Shown here: positions 1 to 8,659 of the stretch, piece by piece
How positions within the stretch are numbered: the stretch's first letter is position 1
How the letters are laid out: the number at the start of each line of letters is the position of its first letter
Source of the DNA: a virus
Direction: 5' to 3' (one strand)
Virus record (IMG/VR): IMGVR_UViG_3300042197_000820
Location: 32,001 to 96,000 of that record
Length of the DNA: 64,000 nucleotides
Position numbers and translations under genes: made by a program
Notes under the pieces: generated by a model
Seen by the model: only the letters and a program-made list of their open reading frames with translations
The model's database searches: none
What the model was told of the DNA's origin: nothing

Positions 1-245
1 AGTTTTTGATACTCTGCTTGGGCTTCAAGTCTCTCGGCTTCATTCTTGATAGTAGATTGCATCTCATCGTTATAATCAGATAAAGCTTCTTTTTGTTCCT
101 GTAATTGTCTAGTTAGACTTTCTATGTCTTTCCCTTTTTTACTAGCTTGTTGAATGTCTGCCAACTTTCTAGCTATGACTTCACCCAAAGCATTGATGTC
201 AATACTATTAGCTGCTCCAGATGTACCAGTAGTTCTTTTAGCCAT
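1..245 (-). CDS. N-terminal part of a coiled-coil protein, probably the tail tape measure protein (runs off the window)
   Basis: Not in the ORF track. ATG at 245 reads MAKRTTGTSGAANSIDINALGEVIARKLADIQQASKKGKDIESLTRQLQEQKEALSDYNDEMQSTIKNEAERLEAQAEYQK with no stop before the window edge. Heptad-like content and position after tube and chaperone genes fit a tape measure gene. Confidence 0.55.
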   Translation of the reverse strand, partial: MAKRTTGTSGAANSIDINALGEVIARKLADIQQASKKGKDIESLTRQLQEQKEALSDYNDEMQSTIKNEAERLEAQAEYQK

Positions 246-262
246 TTATTAAGATTCCTATA

Positions 263-598
263 TTAGTTTTTGAATGGCCAAGGTAGACCAGTACGCGCTT
301 CGAAGCGATCAATAGCAGATTGCAAAATAGATCTAGTTTTATAGGTTGTTGGGTTGTCTAATCCATACCTGTGAACATCTGCCATATAACGACGTTCCAT
401 ACCCATAGCTGCAATCAAAGTAGAAAGTTCTTCACGGGATCCAGCAAGTCTAAAAGGAAGCTCAAGACCCTTGGATCCAAAAGTAGCTTTCATCAAAGTG
501 CTTGTCCACCAACTCATAGCATCAGCAAGAGTTTCGTTCAACTTACCTTCTTTTAATTTTCTTTTTACTTCTTCAAGATCGAGCATGTTAGTTTCCAT
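263..598 (-). CDS. Hypothetical phage protein (about 111 aa)
   Basis: ORF track gives 263..628. Start moved to ATG at 598 (METNML...) because GAGGTG SD and an ACTATTTA motif lie just upstream. Confidence 0.7.
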   Translation of the reverse strand: METNMLDLEEVKRKLKEGKLNETLADAMSWWTSTLMKATFGSKGLELPFRLAGSREELSTLIAAMGMERRYMADVHRYGLDNPTTYKTRSILQSAIDRFEARTGLPWPFKN

Positions 599-614
599 AT
601 CACCCACCTCTTCA

Positions 615-622
615 TAAATAGT
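615..622 (-). promoter_or_regulatory. ACTATTTA putative late promoter motif
   Basis: Directly follows a terminator, 16 nt before the ATG at 598. Motif recurs ahead of many structural genes. Confidence 0.6.
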
Positions 623-626
623 TGCC

Positions 627-656
627 AAAAGAAAAGACCACCAAGCGGTGGTCTTT
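627..656 (-). terminator. Rho-independent terminator
   Basis: Perfect 10-bp stem AAAGACCACC-GCTT-GGTGGTCTTT followed by TCTTTT on the minus strand, immediately after the stop at 655. Confidence 0.85.
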
Positions 657-849
657 AGCGTTTACGGGATTTGTTTTTTGCCTTTTCGTATTTTTCGTTT
701 TCTAGCTGAAACTGTTTAGCTACTCTTTTCAAGAACCAGCGTCGGATACCGATAGGAATATTGTAGCTTTCAAAAATAGAAAATCCAGAATAATATTTCA
801 GTTGGAACATTTCTTCATAGACACCCTCAATATACTTAGGAGTCAGGCC
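655..849 (-). CDS. Tail-assembly chaperone C-terminal extension (GT-like), probably reached by frameshift from 836..1672
   Basis: 64 codons GLTPKYIEGVYEEMFQLKYYSGFSIFESYNIPIGIRRWFLKRV... open in the +1 frame directly after the T7 run. Resembles the small protein that follows the gp26-like gene in T4-like phages. No well-placed SD/start of its own. Confidence 0.7.
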   Translation of the reverse strand, partial: GLTPKYIEGVYEEMFQLKYYSGFSIFESYNIPIGIRRWFLKRVAKQFQLENEKYEKAKNKSRKR

Positions 850-1672
850 AAAAAAACTTTGTTCCAATCGGTACCTCCACGACCGACTTAGTATCACATG
901 TATCACAGTTAAGATCAAACTTGAGATCTGTCTTGGGGGTAATCTTTCTGATAGCGTTACGGAGGAAACGGGAGTCAAACGCTGGCATGTTAACAGCAAA
1001 AGCATTTAATCTAGCCAAATCACTGTCTCCGTCTACTGACACTAAAACGGACTTTAGTTGATCAGTTATAGCAGAAGTCACAAGGGAGTTTTTGTTCTTA
1101 TCCCCAGCAAGAAGATTTTCGTCATAACCCATCAAGAGCCTGAACTCTATTACTTTACCACTCTTTGGTAACGTAACAATACAGGTTCCTCTTTCGCTGA
1201 TCTGTAGTCCTTCGACACTTTCACCAGCGTCATATTCAAACGTACTAAGATCATGTACAATCTTATGGCGTTGTCCACATGTTGGACACACTACGTTTGC
1301 TTCGTAGTCGGAACCATATGCTGTGTTTCTAGCTGAGATAAGAATGGCGTTCCTATCGCAGATAAGAAGTGAGGAAGGATCGATTTGTTTATCCATTATT
1401 AAACTTTGAATCAATCTATCTAAAACAATACCTTTCTTAATCAACTGTTCTGACGTAAGGATATCTTCTTCCTTCGCTGTCATGAACTTGATCTCGATTG
1501 TTTCTTTTCTGTATAATGGGTGATTCGGGGGATAAAACAAGCCACCCGAAGGTAAATCCACAAACTCTGTTGGAATGGAAATAGTAATATGAGTTTGAGG
1601 CATAGCCGCAACCGGCTCGACACTAAAAGCAGGCTGCTGTGGAGCGAGCCTGCTTTGATTATTTCTAGACAC
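836..1672 (-). CDS. Tail/baseplate-hub assembly chaperone (T4 gp26-like family)
   Basis: EFVDLPSGG...Y, MTAKEEDIL, DRNAILISAR..AYGSDY, two CxxC pairs (CPTC, CDTC), FFWP C-terminus. Lies between tail tube and probable tape measure. Confidence 0.8.
   Translation of the reverse strand: MSRNNQSRLAPQQPAFSVEPVAAMPQTHITISIPTEFVDLPSGGLFYPPNHPLYRKETIEIKFMTAKEEDILTSEQLIKKGIVLDRLIQSLIMDKQIDPSSLLICDRNAILISARNTAYGSDYEANVVCPTCGQRHKIVHDLSTFEYDAGESVEGLQISERGTCIVTLPKSGKVIEFRLLMGYDENLLAGDKNKNSLVTSAITDQLKSVLVSVDGDSDLARLNAFAVNMPAFDSRFLRNAIRKITPKTDLKFDLNCDTCDTKSVVEVPIGTKFFWPDS
848..860 (-). other. Candidate programmed frameshift site AAG TTT TTT TGG
   Basis: Seven consecutive T on the coding strand (850..856) a few codons before the chaperone stop. 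The +1 frame is open for 64 codons. Confidence 0.65.
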
Positions 1673-1694
1673 TTTAACCTCTCAAAAAAATAGT

Positions 1695-2285
1695 TTAGCC
1701 TTGTGTATCGAAGAATCTTTGTTGTGAAGCAACTCCACCGGGGACGCTGCTTACATCTACTTGAGAACCTAGTGGGACATAACATGTAGCCCAATCATAT
1801 CTAAAGGTGAGACTGATGGTTGATAGATCTTCATTGTCGTAAGATAGTTCTCCGAGATCAACATTTGTAATAAATGCATTTCTCAAAGTCCATTCTTCCA
1901 AAACGTCTTGATCACCTTCAGATCCGATTTGTTTAATGACAACACCTTTCAGAGAACCAACTGCTCTTGACTTAGACATTGTGGAGAGATCGGTTACATC
2001 TTTTGGTGGATGATAACCGGCATTTTGGATAATGGCCATTGTATTAGCAACTGCATCTGGTTCAACTGGATCTACCAAAGTAACATCAACGGTTTGCCAT
2101 TCAACCTTACCGGGGTAGTAGAAAGTATGGTTTAAAAACATATGCGAAGTTTCAGCGATACTAAACTTTGGTTTAGTTACTGTCTTTGCATACCAAGTAG
2201 CAGCGGCTGGATAAGCCAGCAACTGTACAGTAAACCTATAGTTTCTTTTCGGATCTCTAAGCGTAGCGTCTGTCCAAAATGCCAT
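1695..2285 (-). CDS. Tail tube protein (T4 gp19-like)
   Basis: PKRNYRF, YYPGKVEW, V.LVDPV, EEWTLRNAFIT.VDLGELSY, LTFRYDWA. Directly after the sheath gene. Confidence 0.9.
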   Translation of the reverse strand: MAFWTDATLRDPKRNYRFTVQLLAYPAAATWYAKTVTKPKFSIAETSHMFLNHTFYYPGKVEWQTVDVTLVDPVEPDAVANTMAIIQNAGYHPPKDVTDLSTMSKSRAVGSLKGVVIKQIGSEGDQDVLEEWTLRNAFITNVDLGELSYDNEDLSTISLTFRYDWATCYVPLGSQVDVSSVPGGVASQQRFFDTQG

Positions 2286-2308
2286 TGTTGTTTTCTCCTG
2301 TTATATAG

Positions 2309-2316
2309 TAAATAGT
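2309..2316 (-). promoter_or_regulatory. ACTATTTA putative late promoter motif
   Basis: Intergenic, 23 nt before tube ATG, followed by AGGAG SD. Confidence 0.6.
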
Positions 2317-2329
2317 ATTACTTTATTTT

Positions 2330-5248
2330 TTAGTCTTCGAAAGAAGCACCGGTTCTGGAGATAACGAAGTCAACTGCGATGAACTCGATAGCTCTTGCTG
2401 GCTTTAGAAGAATCTTGGCGTATAGTACGTTGCGATCTACTAGATCTGGAGTAGTGGTAGTCTCGTCTAGAATCAACCTGTACTCTGTCAAACCTAGTCT
2501 TGCTTGTACTGAAGCCAAGAATGGCTCTACTGAAGCTTTGAAACGGTTCCAAGTAACTGTCACGTTTTGATCGAATAGAACGCTAGTAGCGAATCTTGAG
2601 ACTTGCTTCTTAATGTAGATCATCAATCTACGAACGTTAATACGATCAAGGGCTGAAGGTGTAACTTGTAGGGTTTTCTGACCGAATACAACGATACCCT
2701 CTGATGGGAATGAAGCAATCGGGTTAATATTAGCTTGGTATAAATCATCACGTTGCTTGGAGGTCAATTTTTCAGCGACGTTGACGACAGGCAAACCACC
2801 AGCACCAGCAGTTAAACCTCCGCGATTGAAGCCTGCTGGGGCAAACCAGACTTCGCTAGCCCTTTCAGAAGAAGCCATTGTGCCAAGTGTTATAACGGAT
2901 GGTGGTACCCAAACCAAGGCACCGTTAATGCTATCGCGGATTTGAACCCAAGGATAGTAAGTACATGCGTAAGAACTATTGATCTTGCGATTGTTCAATC
3001 TTGTAATGGCTGTAGTGGTGCTTCCTAGACGATCTTTGTAGGATTGAGTAGATTCTGTACTTGCTAGGTAACCATCGCGTATATCGATGATTGCCATTGC
3101 ATCGCCCCTTGCCTCACAAGTGTCGATAATCTTTCTTGTTAGGTTCTCGTCACGAACACCGGGAGCTACAATCATATTTGTCTCTAGCAACTCTGGATTA
3201 CCAGCCATGTTGATTGCAACTTCTAGAGTATTAACTTCGTAACTATTGAGCTTAGTATTACCATCCAAACGATTGAACTGGAATGGTTCGGCTTCTTGGA
3301 TATTTAGACCATCAAATCCGCCTTGGAAAACAGTAGTGAACTTGTTAAACCCAACGGCAAGAATCGATTGAGATCCACCATAGCCACCGCTTGTAGCTGT
3401 TCTAGAAGTTCCGGTTTTACGAGAACCGGAAGCATAGAAAGCAGCAGTACTGTTGCTTGGTAGGATTACGTCATCGAGACTGAATACCCATTGGTAAGTA
3501 AATGGACCAGCAGTGTCTAGCCCCTCAAGACCAACGTTTTGTGCGCTATCAGTACTGTACAGTCTTAGAGTATCTGGGATACTTTGATCAAATCTATTTG
3601 ATGTGGTATCCACTGCGGTACGAACACCAAAGTAAGCCCTAGTGGTATCCACTATATTACCCTCAGATGCGCTAATCTTCTGGGTAGTGCTTGGGAAGGC
3701 TATTGAACATGTGAAGTTAGTATTTGTACTTACATCCACTATTGCATCGGACTTATCAACCTTTGCATATGAACCAAAACCAATGTAGGTATTGAAAGAT
3801 GTAGAACCGCTGCTAATGTTGGTAGCATCTTTTGGTTTGATTGGGCCAAATACACCGAACGGAACAGAAGCTGGATTTACCAAGCCAGCCTCGACTGATG
3901 GATTAACCTCAACCCTTATGTAACGTGATACGTTGTTATACTGTCCGTATTCTTTGATTGAGTTTTGGGCATAATCAAACTTTCTTGTCTTATCTCCGAT
4001 TCTAACTCCAATATAATCAGGAGAGTTTGGATTAAGATTTAGATTATCAAACCTTTCTAGAACTACTGGAGAACTGTCGTTATCATTGATAGATCTTACT
4101 ACAACACTGAACTTGGCGTATGGTTCGGCATCTTGATTTGAACTTACAACAATATTGTCAATAGAAATCTTGATATTCTTCTGTGTCCACTCGCCAGCAT
4201 CTAGACCGTGGAAACGGAATAGCTTTGGCATATTGTTATATGAGAAGGAAGCTGTATCGTTGCTGAAATCTTGCGAGAAGAACCAGCCAGTTCTACCATC
4301 AATAACATTAGAGTTTGAGTATAGGTTATTATTCTCAGTAAACTTCATATATCCGTAGTTTATATTATTACTCAAAGTACCGCTAGCAACTGGTGCCAAC
4401 CAAGCTACGACAGAAGTAAAAGATCCTGTTAGTCTGTTAGCGACTTCTGTTTCGTATGATTCACCAAGCCAGTAAACATTTTCATTCTTTGTTAATGAGT
4501 TAGAGGCTACAACGCCATCGTTTGTTAGAACGGGGTTTGTGTTTAAAACATTACGAATAAACTGTGAAGAATCACGATTGAAGTTAAACTTTAGTTTCTT
4601 TTCGTTTGTTGGGGCTGATTTGGTACCACCGAATACAGAAACAACAAACTCTGTTGAAGAATCGGTACCTGCAAACTGTAGGACTCGATTAGTACCAGAA
4701 TCGGTTGTAGTAGGTGCAACGCTTACAGTCCCGCTTAGTGCGACCGCGCCAGCAACGAGATACAACACAGCGGCTAGAGTACCAGTTAAGTGATTTCCGC
4801 TTGATTGAGAAGCAGCGATAAACAAGCCATAAGCACCACCATTGGTAGCATATGCTTGTGCCGTTGGATCGCCACTTGAGTATTGGTTAGTAGTCCAGCC
4901 TGCTAAACCGGTTGAAGTTGCTTCAGGATGTGGAACACCCAATAGACGGATATAGTTAACTGGACCTACACCAGCATTTAGGTATGCTTGTGCAGCGTAT
5001 GAACCATAGGTAGGGCCAGCATAATCGGAAGATCTATACTCAGAGTTAGAACCTCCCGGTTTTGGACTACCGAAAAGATCAACGAAATCAGAAAAAGATT
5101 GTACATTGATAGGAGATAAGGCACGACCCTTAGCAGAACGACCGATAATAGTTGGGCCGATTGCTCCCGGTGGTTGTGGAATCTGCGAGTTATCGATTTC
5201 ATTTAGAAAGATACCCGGCGAAATAAACTTAAAACTACTAGCTGGCAT
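2330..5248 (-). CDS. Tail sheath protein (T4 gp18-like)
   Basis: N-terminal SPGIFLNEIDNS. C-terminal YYPWV, PPS, WFAPAGFNRG, LYQANINPI, FGQKTLQ, DRINVRRL, KPARAIEFI. Confidence 0.95.
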   Translation of the reverse strand: MPASSFKFISPGIFLNEIDNSQIPQPPGAIGPTIIGRSAKGRALSPINVQSFSDFVDLFGSPKPGGSNSEYRSSDYAGPTYGSYAAQAYLNAGVGPVNYIRLLGVPHPEATSTGLAGWTTNQYSSGDPTAQAYATNGGAYGLFIAASQSSGNHLTGTLAAVLYLVAGAVALSGTVSVAPTTTDSGTNRVLQFAGTDSSTEFVVSVFGGTKSAPTNEKKLKFNFNRDSSQFIRNVLNTNPVLTNDGVVASNSLTKNENVYWLGESYETEVANRLTGSFTSVVAWLAPVASGTLSNNINYGYMKFTENNNLYSNSNVIDGRTGWFFSQDFSNDTASFSYNNMPKLFRFHGLDAGEWTQKNIKISIDNIVVSSNQDAEPYAKFSVVVRSINDNDSSPVVLERFDNLNLNPNSPDYIGVRIGDKTRKFDYAQNSIKEYGQYNNVSRYIRVEVNPSVEAGLVNPASVPFGVFGPIKPKDATNISSGSTSFNTYIGFGSYAKVDKSDAIVDVSTNTNFTCSIAFPSTTQKISASEGNIVDTTRAYFGVRTAVDTTSNRFDQSIPDTLRLYSTDSAQNVGLEGLDTAGPFTYQWVFSLDDVILPSNSTAAFYASGSRKTGTSRTATSGGYGGSQSILAVGFNKFTTVFQGGFDGLNIQEAEPFQFNRLDGNTKLNSYEVNTLEVAINMAGNPELLETNMIVAPGVRDENLTRKIIDTCEARGDAMAIIDIRDGYLASTESTQSYKDRLGSTTTAITRLNNRKINSSYACTYYPWVQIRDSINGALVWVPPSVITLGTMASSERASEVWFAPAGFNRGGLTAGAGGLPVVNVAEKLTSKQRDDLYQANINPIASFPSEGIVVFGQKTLQVTPSALDRINVRRLMIYIKKQVSRFATSVLFDQNVTVTWNRFKASVEPFLASVQARLGLTEYRLILDETTTTPDLVDRNVLYAKILLKPARAIEFIAVDFVISRTGASFED

Positions 5249-5276
5249 AGATTTCTCCTCTATAAGACTTCATAAA

Positions 5277-5284
5277 TAAATAGT
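5277..5284 (-). promoter_or_regulatory. ACTATTTA putative late promoter motif
   Basis: Intergenic, 28 nt before sheath ATG, followed by GAGGAG SD. Confidence 0.6.
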
Positions 5285-5302
5285 TAGTTTCTACCTCAAA
5301 CG

Positions 5303-6235
5303 TCAGCGACGGTAGAAAGAAGTTGACCTGTAGTTTGGTCTCTCGTCTAGAACTACTTGCTCTTTACCAAACTTGAACTCTACTGCGTTCTCTCTGACTG
5401 CTATCTTTGGTCGATTAGCATTTGTTGATTCACCCAATAAATATCCCAATACTTTAATATCTATTGATGTTTTATAAATACGTTCCTCATCCTGAAACGA
5501 AGCAACGTTGAAGTCCTGCGAAAAGTCACCCTGTATAAAGCACTCAAACTTGTGGCCTTCATGTTTTATGAAGAAAGAGTTTATTTGTCCCGTTCTTACA
5601 AAGAATGGTGTTACAAGCTCATTGATCTGTTGTTGATATTCGGTTCTTATTGTAATCTTGTACATTGCTTCTACATAAGTTGGTATCGGCATTGAAAGTG
5701 TTTCATAAACTACCTTATTACTAACTCCCGGATACGTTTCTTGACCGGGACCAATACCAGAAGTTAATGTAGCTTGAGTTCTACGTTTATCTGCATTTGT
5801 AAAGTTGCCTGTTTTTACTTGATTAATGCGGCGAGCTACCGGAATAGCTCCTCCCTTTTCATCGTTTATATTTGGTATATGTGCCCAAGCGACTCCCTTA
5901 AAAGATGAATCTTTTCTCATTGAAGAACGCTCTAGTGTCATCATAGGAAATATTAGGACATCATTACCATCTCTAAGATTTCTATTGTTTTTTATTTGGA
6001 ATGCTCTCTCACTAGCTACCCAAATAATAGGAACTTTTGTGAAACCTTTATTGGTATTTGCGTGGAGGTTTAAAGTTTCATCTAAATACCTATATATTGC
6101 TGTGTCAATAGTTTCAATAGTAGACGGCATTAAAGTTACTTCTCTAAGAATCTTATCAGCATTCTCTATGCCAGTAAAGTCGTATTTGTCTGTTGATAGA
6201 GGCTCAGGCGGGGATTGTGATTTTTTAGGTGGCAT
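5303..6235 (-). CDS. Tail terminator / sheath stabiliser (T4 gp15-like)
   Basis: KVPIIW..SER, FPMMTLER, PIPTYV...Y.ITI.TEY.QQ.NE motifs. Located between neck genes and sheath. Confidence 0.7.
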   Translation of the reverse strand: MPPKKSQSPPEPLSTDKYDFTGIENADKILREVTLMPSTIETIDTAIYRYLDETLNLHANTNKGFTKVPIIWVASERAFQIKNNRNLRDGNDVLIFPMMTLERSSMRKDSSFKGVAWAHIPNINDEKGGAIPVARRINQVKTGNFTNADKRRTQATLTSGIGPGQETYPGVSNKVVYETLSMPIPTYVEAMYKITIRTEYQQQINELVTPFFVRTGQINSFFIKHEGHKFECFIQGDFSQDFNVASFQDEERIYKTSIDIKVLGYLLGESTNANRPKIAVRENAVEFKFGKEQVVLDERPNYRSTSFYRR

Positions 6236-6716
6236 CGAATAGACCTCTTCTGGATACCTTACAGGTGGCTGCTACTTCTAGTGATTCGCCTACTTGACCG
6301 AACAACTGCTTAGGTTCTTGCAAAGTTAAGATTTCATAATATAAACCGTCGTACTTTACAAAATCTCCTTCGCGGACAAATATGTTTTGATCTTCTTGGA
6401 TTCTACGCTGATGGAAGTGTACAACAATCTCAGCAGCTTTATCCAGACCAAAGCCTTCTGTCTGGACTGTACCATATGTTGACCATTCCACCAAAGCATA
6501 GATCCTAACAGGTGGCAAGAAGTTCTTTACAATAGCTTCCCCGTATAAAGGATGATAGTTAGTGGTTTTGATATCAATGGCATAATAAAAAATCTCCTGT
6601 CCAATGACTCTTTCCAGAAGTTCGTCATTGACTTGTTTAACGAGATTCTTTTCCTTTTGTCCTAGGAACAAAGGAGGTGGTGCGTATTCTGGTTCAACCC
6701 ATTTATTCTGAGCCAT
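6225..6716 (-). CDS. Neck / head-closure protein (T4 gp14-like)
   Basis: ELLERVIGQEIFYY, HPLYGEA, REGDFVKY...YYEI motifs. Follows the gp13-like gene. Confidence 0.75.
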   Translation of the reverse strand: MAQNKWVEPEYAPPPLFLGQKEKNLVKQVNDELLERVIGQEIFYYAIDIKTTNYHPLYGEAIVKNFLPPVRIYALVEWSTYGTVQTEGFGLDKAAEIVVHFHQRRIQEDQNIFVREGDFVKYDGLYYEILTLQEPKQLFGQVGESLEVAATCKVSRRGLFDAT

Positions 6717-6719
6717 TTA

Positions 6720-8054
6720 TCACCCTTGGTAAATAAGAAGAGGAATCTTCTCTTGTACTTTCGTAACGCTATCCATGAGTGTTGCATTTGTCTCTGCAAG
6801 TTTCGTATAGGTAAGTTCGTCCAGTGTAGTCTTAAGTTCTTCTTTCAACTTTTCTTGTTCTTCTCTAGCCGAAGAGATAAGCTCAGAACCATTCAACTGA
6901 ACCGAGTCGCCGGGAATAGGAATAGCACCAAACTTAGATCTAATAAGACCAAGTGTTTCTTTTACCAATGCCAAAGCATAACGACGAATCCATTGCTTAC
7001 CGATAGCGTTAATACTAGAGTACGGGATGTTATCAAATGGCAATGTATTCATATTAGAAATGCCTTGTTCTGATCCTTTCTGAGAACCACTAACCGGCAT
7101 CCAAGGATCGGTTCCGTCATCAAAGCTAAACTCAAACCACATGTAGTTAATAATGCCTGTTTCTGGTGTTGGGAAAACCCGAAGCTTATTATTAAATATC
7201 TCATAGGAATAGTGAGACAGTCTAGTATAAATATGGTCTTCGTAAGCCATAGCTTGTAGCTTATTCTGCCATGCCGGAATAATTTCAAACGTTGTATCAT
7301 CTGCAAACTGACCATAGTAGTTTAGATTACCAACCACGTTTAGACCGCCATAGTAGCCATAAAAACGCCATACAGCGGCTGGCGATTTGTAGTAAACACG
7401 ACGAATAGTTATACGGCTGCTAGAAGCACTAGCATAGGAAGCCGAGTAAGTTACTGGATTGCCTGTGGCTGGTTCTCTATTGTTTATAACGTTATTCGCT
7501 ATTATCTGTTGTAGATCATAATCTTGGACACTAGTAGTAAGAGCAAAAGAAGCATTATAATGAGGTGTGGTACCTCCTGCGACACCAGCCTCATTAGCTA
7601 ACCCAATAGCCACCTGTCGAGCATAGCCCACTTCAAAACGTGGATAGCGAAGGTTTATATTAGCGTTAGACAGCGAGGACTCTAAAAGATTTCCATCTTC
7701 ATCGAAGGAACCGGTTGTTTTACCAAGTAGACTTGGGAGTGCATTCTTTGATTGATGGAGATTCATAATATATGAATATTCCAGAGTTGCTTCCTCATAA
7801 GCAGCGTATACGTTACCGGGAGTGATTTCTAGATCCAGTACATCACCACCTAGTTTCTTATACACAAACGATACTTGGTCAGAAGCACCTGAAATGAAGT
7901 TAGCATCATAGCGCGGAGAAACGGGATCTACATAGATTCCAAATGGGTATAGAGCAACATTACCAGCACCATTGCCAGTAGTTATCGTAGAACCGGTCGA
8001 GGTCAGAATAGAAACATTAGTTCTGCTCGGCGGCGAATATGAGGGATATGCCAT
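6720..8054 (-). CDS. Neck / head-tail adaptor protein (T4 gp13-like)
   Basis: KLGGDVLDLEI, WIRRYALALVKETLGLIRSKF..IPIPG..VQLNG..L...A.EE.EKL motifs. Confidence 0.85.
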   Translation of the reverse strand: MAYPSYSPPSRTNVSILTSTGSTITTGNGAGNVALYPFGIYVDPVSPRYDANFISGASDQVSFVYKKLGGDVLDLEITPGNVYAAYEEATLEYSYIMNLHQSKNALPSLLGKTTGSFDEDGNLLESSLSNANINLRYPRFEVGYARQVAIGLANEAGVAGGTTPHYNASFALTTSVQDYDLQQIIANNVINNREPATGNPVTYSASYASASSSRITIRRVYYKSPAAVWRFYGYYGGLNVVGNLNYYGQFADDTTFEIIPAWQNKLQAMAYEDHIYTRLSHYSYEIFNNKLRVFPTPETGIINYMWFEFSFDDGTDPWMPVSGSQKGSEQGISNMNTLPFDNIPYSSINAIGKQWIRRYALALVKETLGLIRSKFGAIPIPGDSVQLNGSELISSAREEQEKLKEELKTTLDELTYTKLAETNATLMDSVTKVQEKIPLLIYQG

Positions 8055-8073
8055 TTGTGAACCTCCGCTTCAG

Positions 8074-8081
8074 TAAGTAGT
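8074..8081 (-). promoter_or_regulatory. ACTACTTA putative late promoter motif
   Basis: After a terminator, 19 nt before ATG 8054, followed by GGAGGT SD. Confidence 0.6.
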
Positions 8082-8093
8082 TTAAGAACAAAT

Positions 8094-8122
8094 AAAAAAG
8101 CCGATCCATAAGGACCGGCTTT
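8094..8122 (-). terminator. Rho-independent terminator
   Basis: AAAGCCGGTCC-TTAT-GGATCGGCTTT hairpin running into a T tract on the minus strand. Confidence 0.8.
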
Positions 8123-8140
8123 AGGAAGAGCAAGTTTAAG

Positions 8141-8554
8141 TTATGCTGGAAAGTTGTTAAACGAAGCTGAACTCGCCATAAGTAGAAGATTCGATTGAGT
8201 TGAACCATCTGCTATCGGTGCAGAATCAAATTTATATGCAACAACCGAAGTATTAGCTACCATGACTGTGGTGCTTGCTGTGGCAAAATTTGTAACCATA
8301 AACTTTCCAGCAGTAGCATTGATTCTTAAGAGTTGTTCAGTAGCATTGACTATATCTATTCTTTGTCCGTTTTTCATTCCGGTGATATCTAGAGAACCAG
8401 TTCCAGTTCCGTTTCCGGCATAAATAACAACACCACAATCTGGATTTATTGTAAATGCTCCTCCATTTGTTACAACTGTTGCGGTTGGGCTGTATAGAGT
8501 GATTGCCATATCCTGTGGAAGCGTGCTTCTGTTATATTGATTTCTTTTTGCCAC
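8141..8554 (-). CDS. Small beta-rich virion protein (possible capsid decoration)
   Basis: GTG start with GGAGG SD. Has its own promoter motif and terminator, directly after the major capsid gene. T/G/A/N-rich beta-strand pattern. Confidence 0.6.
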   Translation of the reverse strand: MAKRNQYNRSTLPQDMAITLYSPTATVVTNGGAFTINPDCGVVIYAGNGTGTGSLDITGMKNGQRIDIVNATEQLLRINATAGKFMVTNFATASTTVMVANTSVVAYKFDSAPIADGSTQSNLLLMASSASFNNFPA

Positions 8555-8580
8555 TGCTTGTCCTCCTATGTAGACATATA

Positions 8581-8588
8581 TAAGTAGT
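8581..8588 (-). promoter_or_regulatory. ACTACTTA putative late promoter motif
   Basis: Immediately after the capsid-gene terminator, 26 nt before GTG 8554. Confidence 0.6.
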
Positions 8589-8593
8589 ATACT

Positions 8594-8631
8594 AAAAAAG
8601 GAAAAGGCCCCGATTCTTTCGAACCGAGGCC
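8594..8631 (-). terminator. Rho-independent terminator after the major capsid gene
   Basis: GGCCTCGGTTC-GAAA-GAATCGGGGCC (GNRA loop, two G-U pairs) followed by TTTTCCTTTTTT. Confidence 0.9.
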
Positions 8632-8659
8632 AGAGATTAGCTATAAGCTAAGAACTCTA

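Noticed and set aside
850-1005. 5' part of the 116-aa ORF 655..1005
   Set aside because: Overlaps the chaperone gene out of frame with no SD; only the part after the T7 run looks protein-like.
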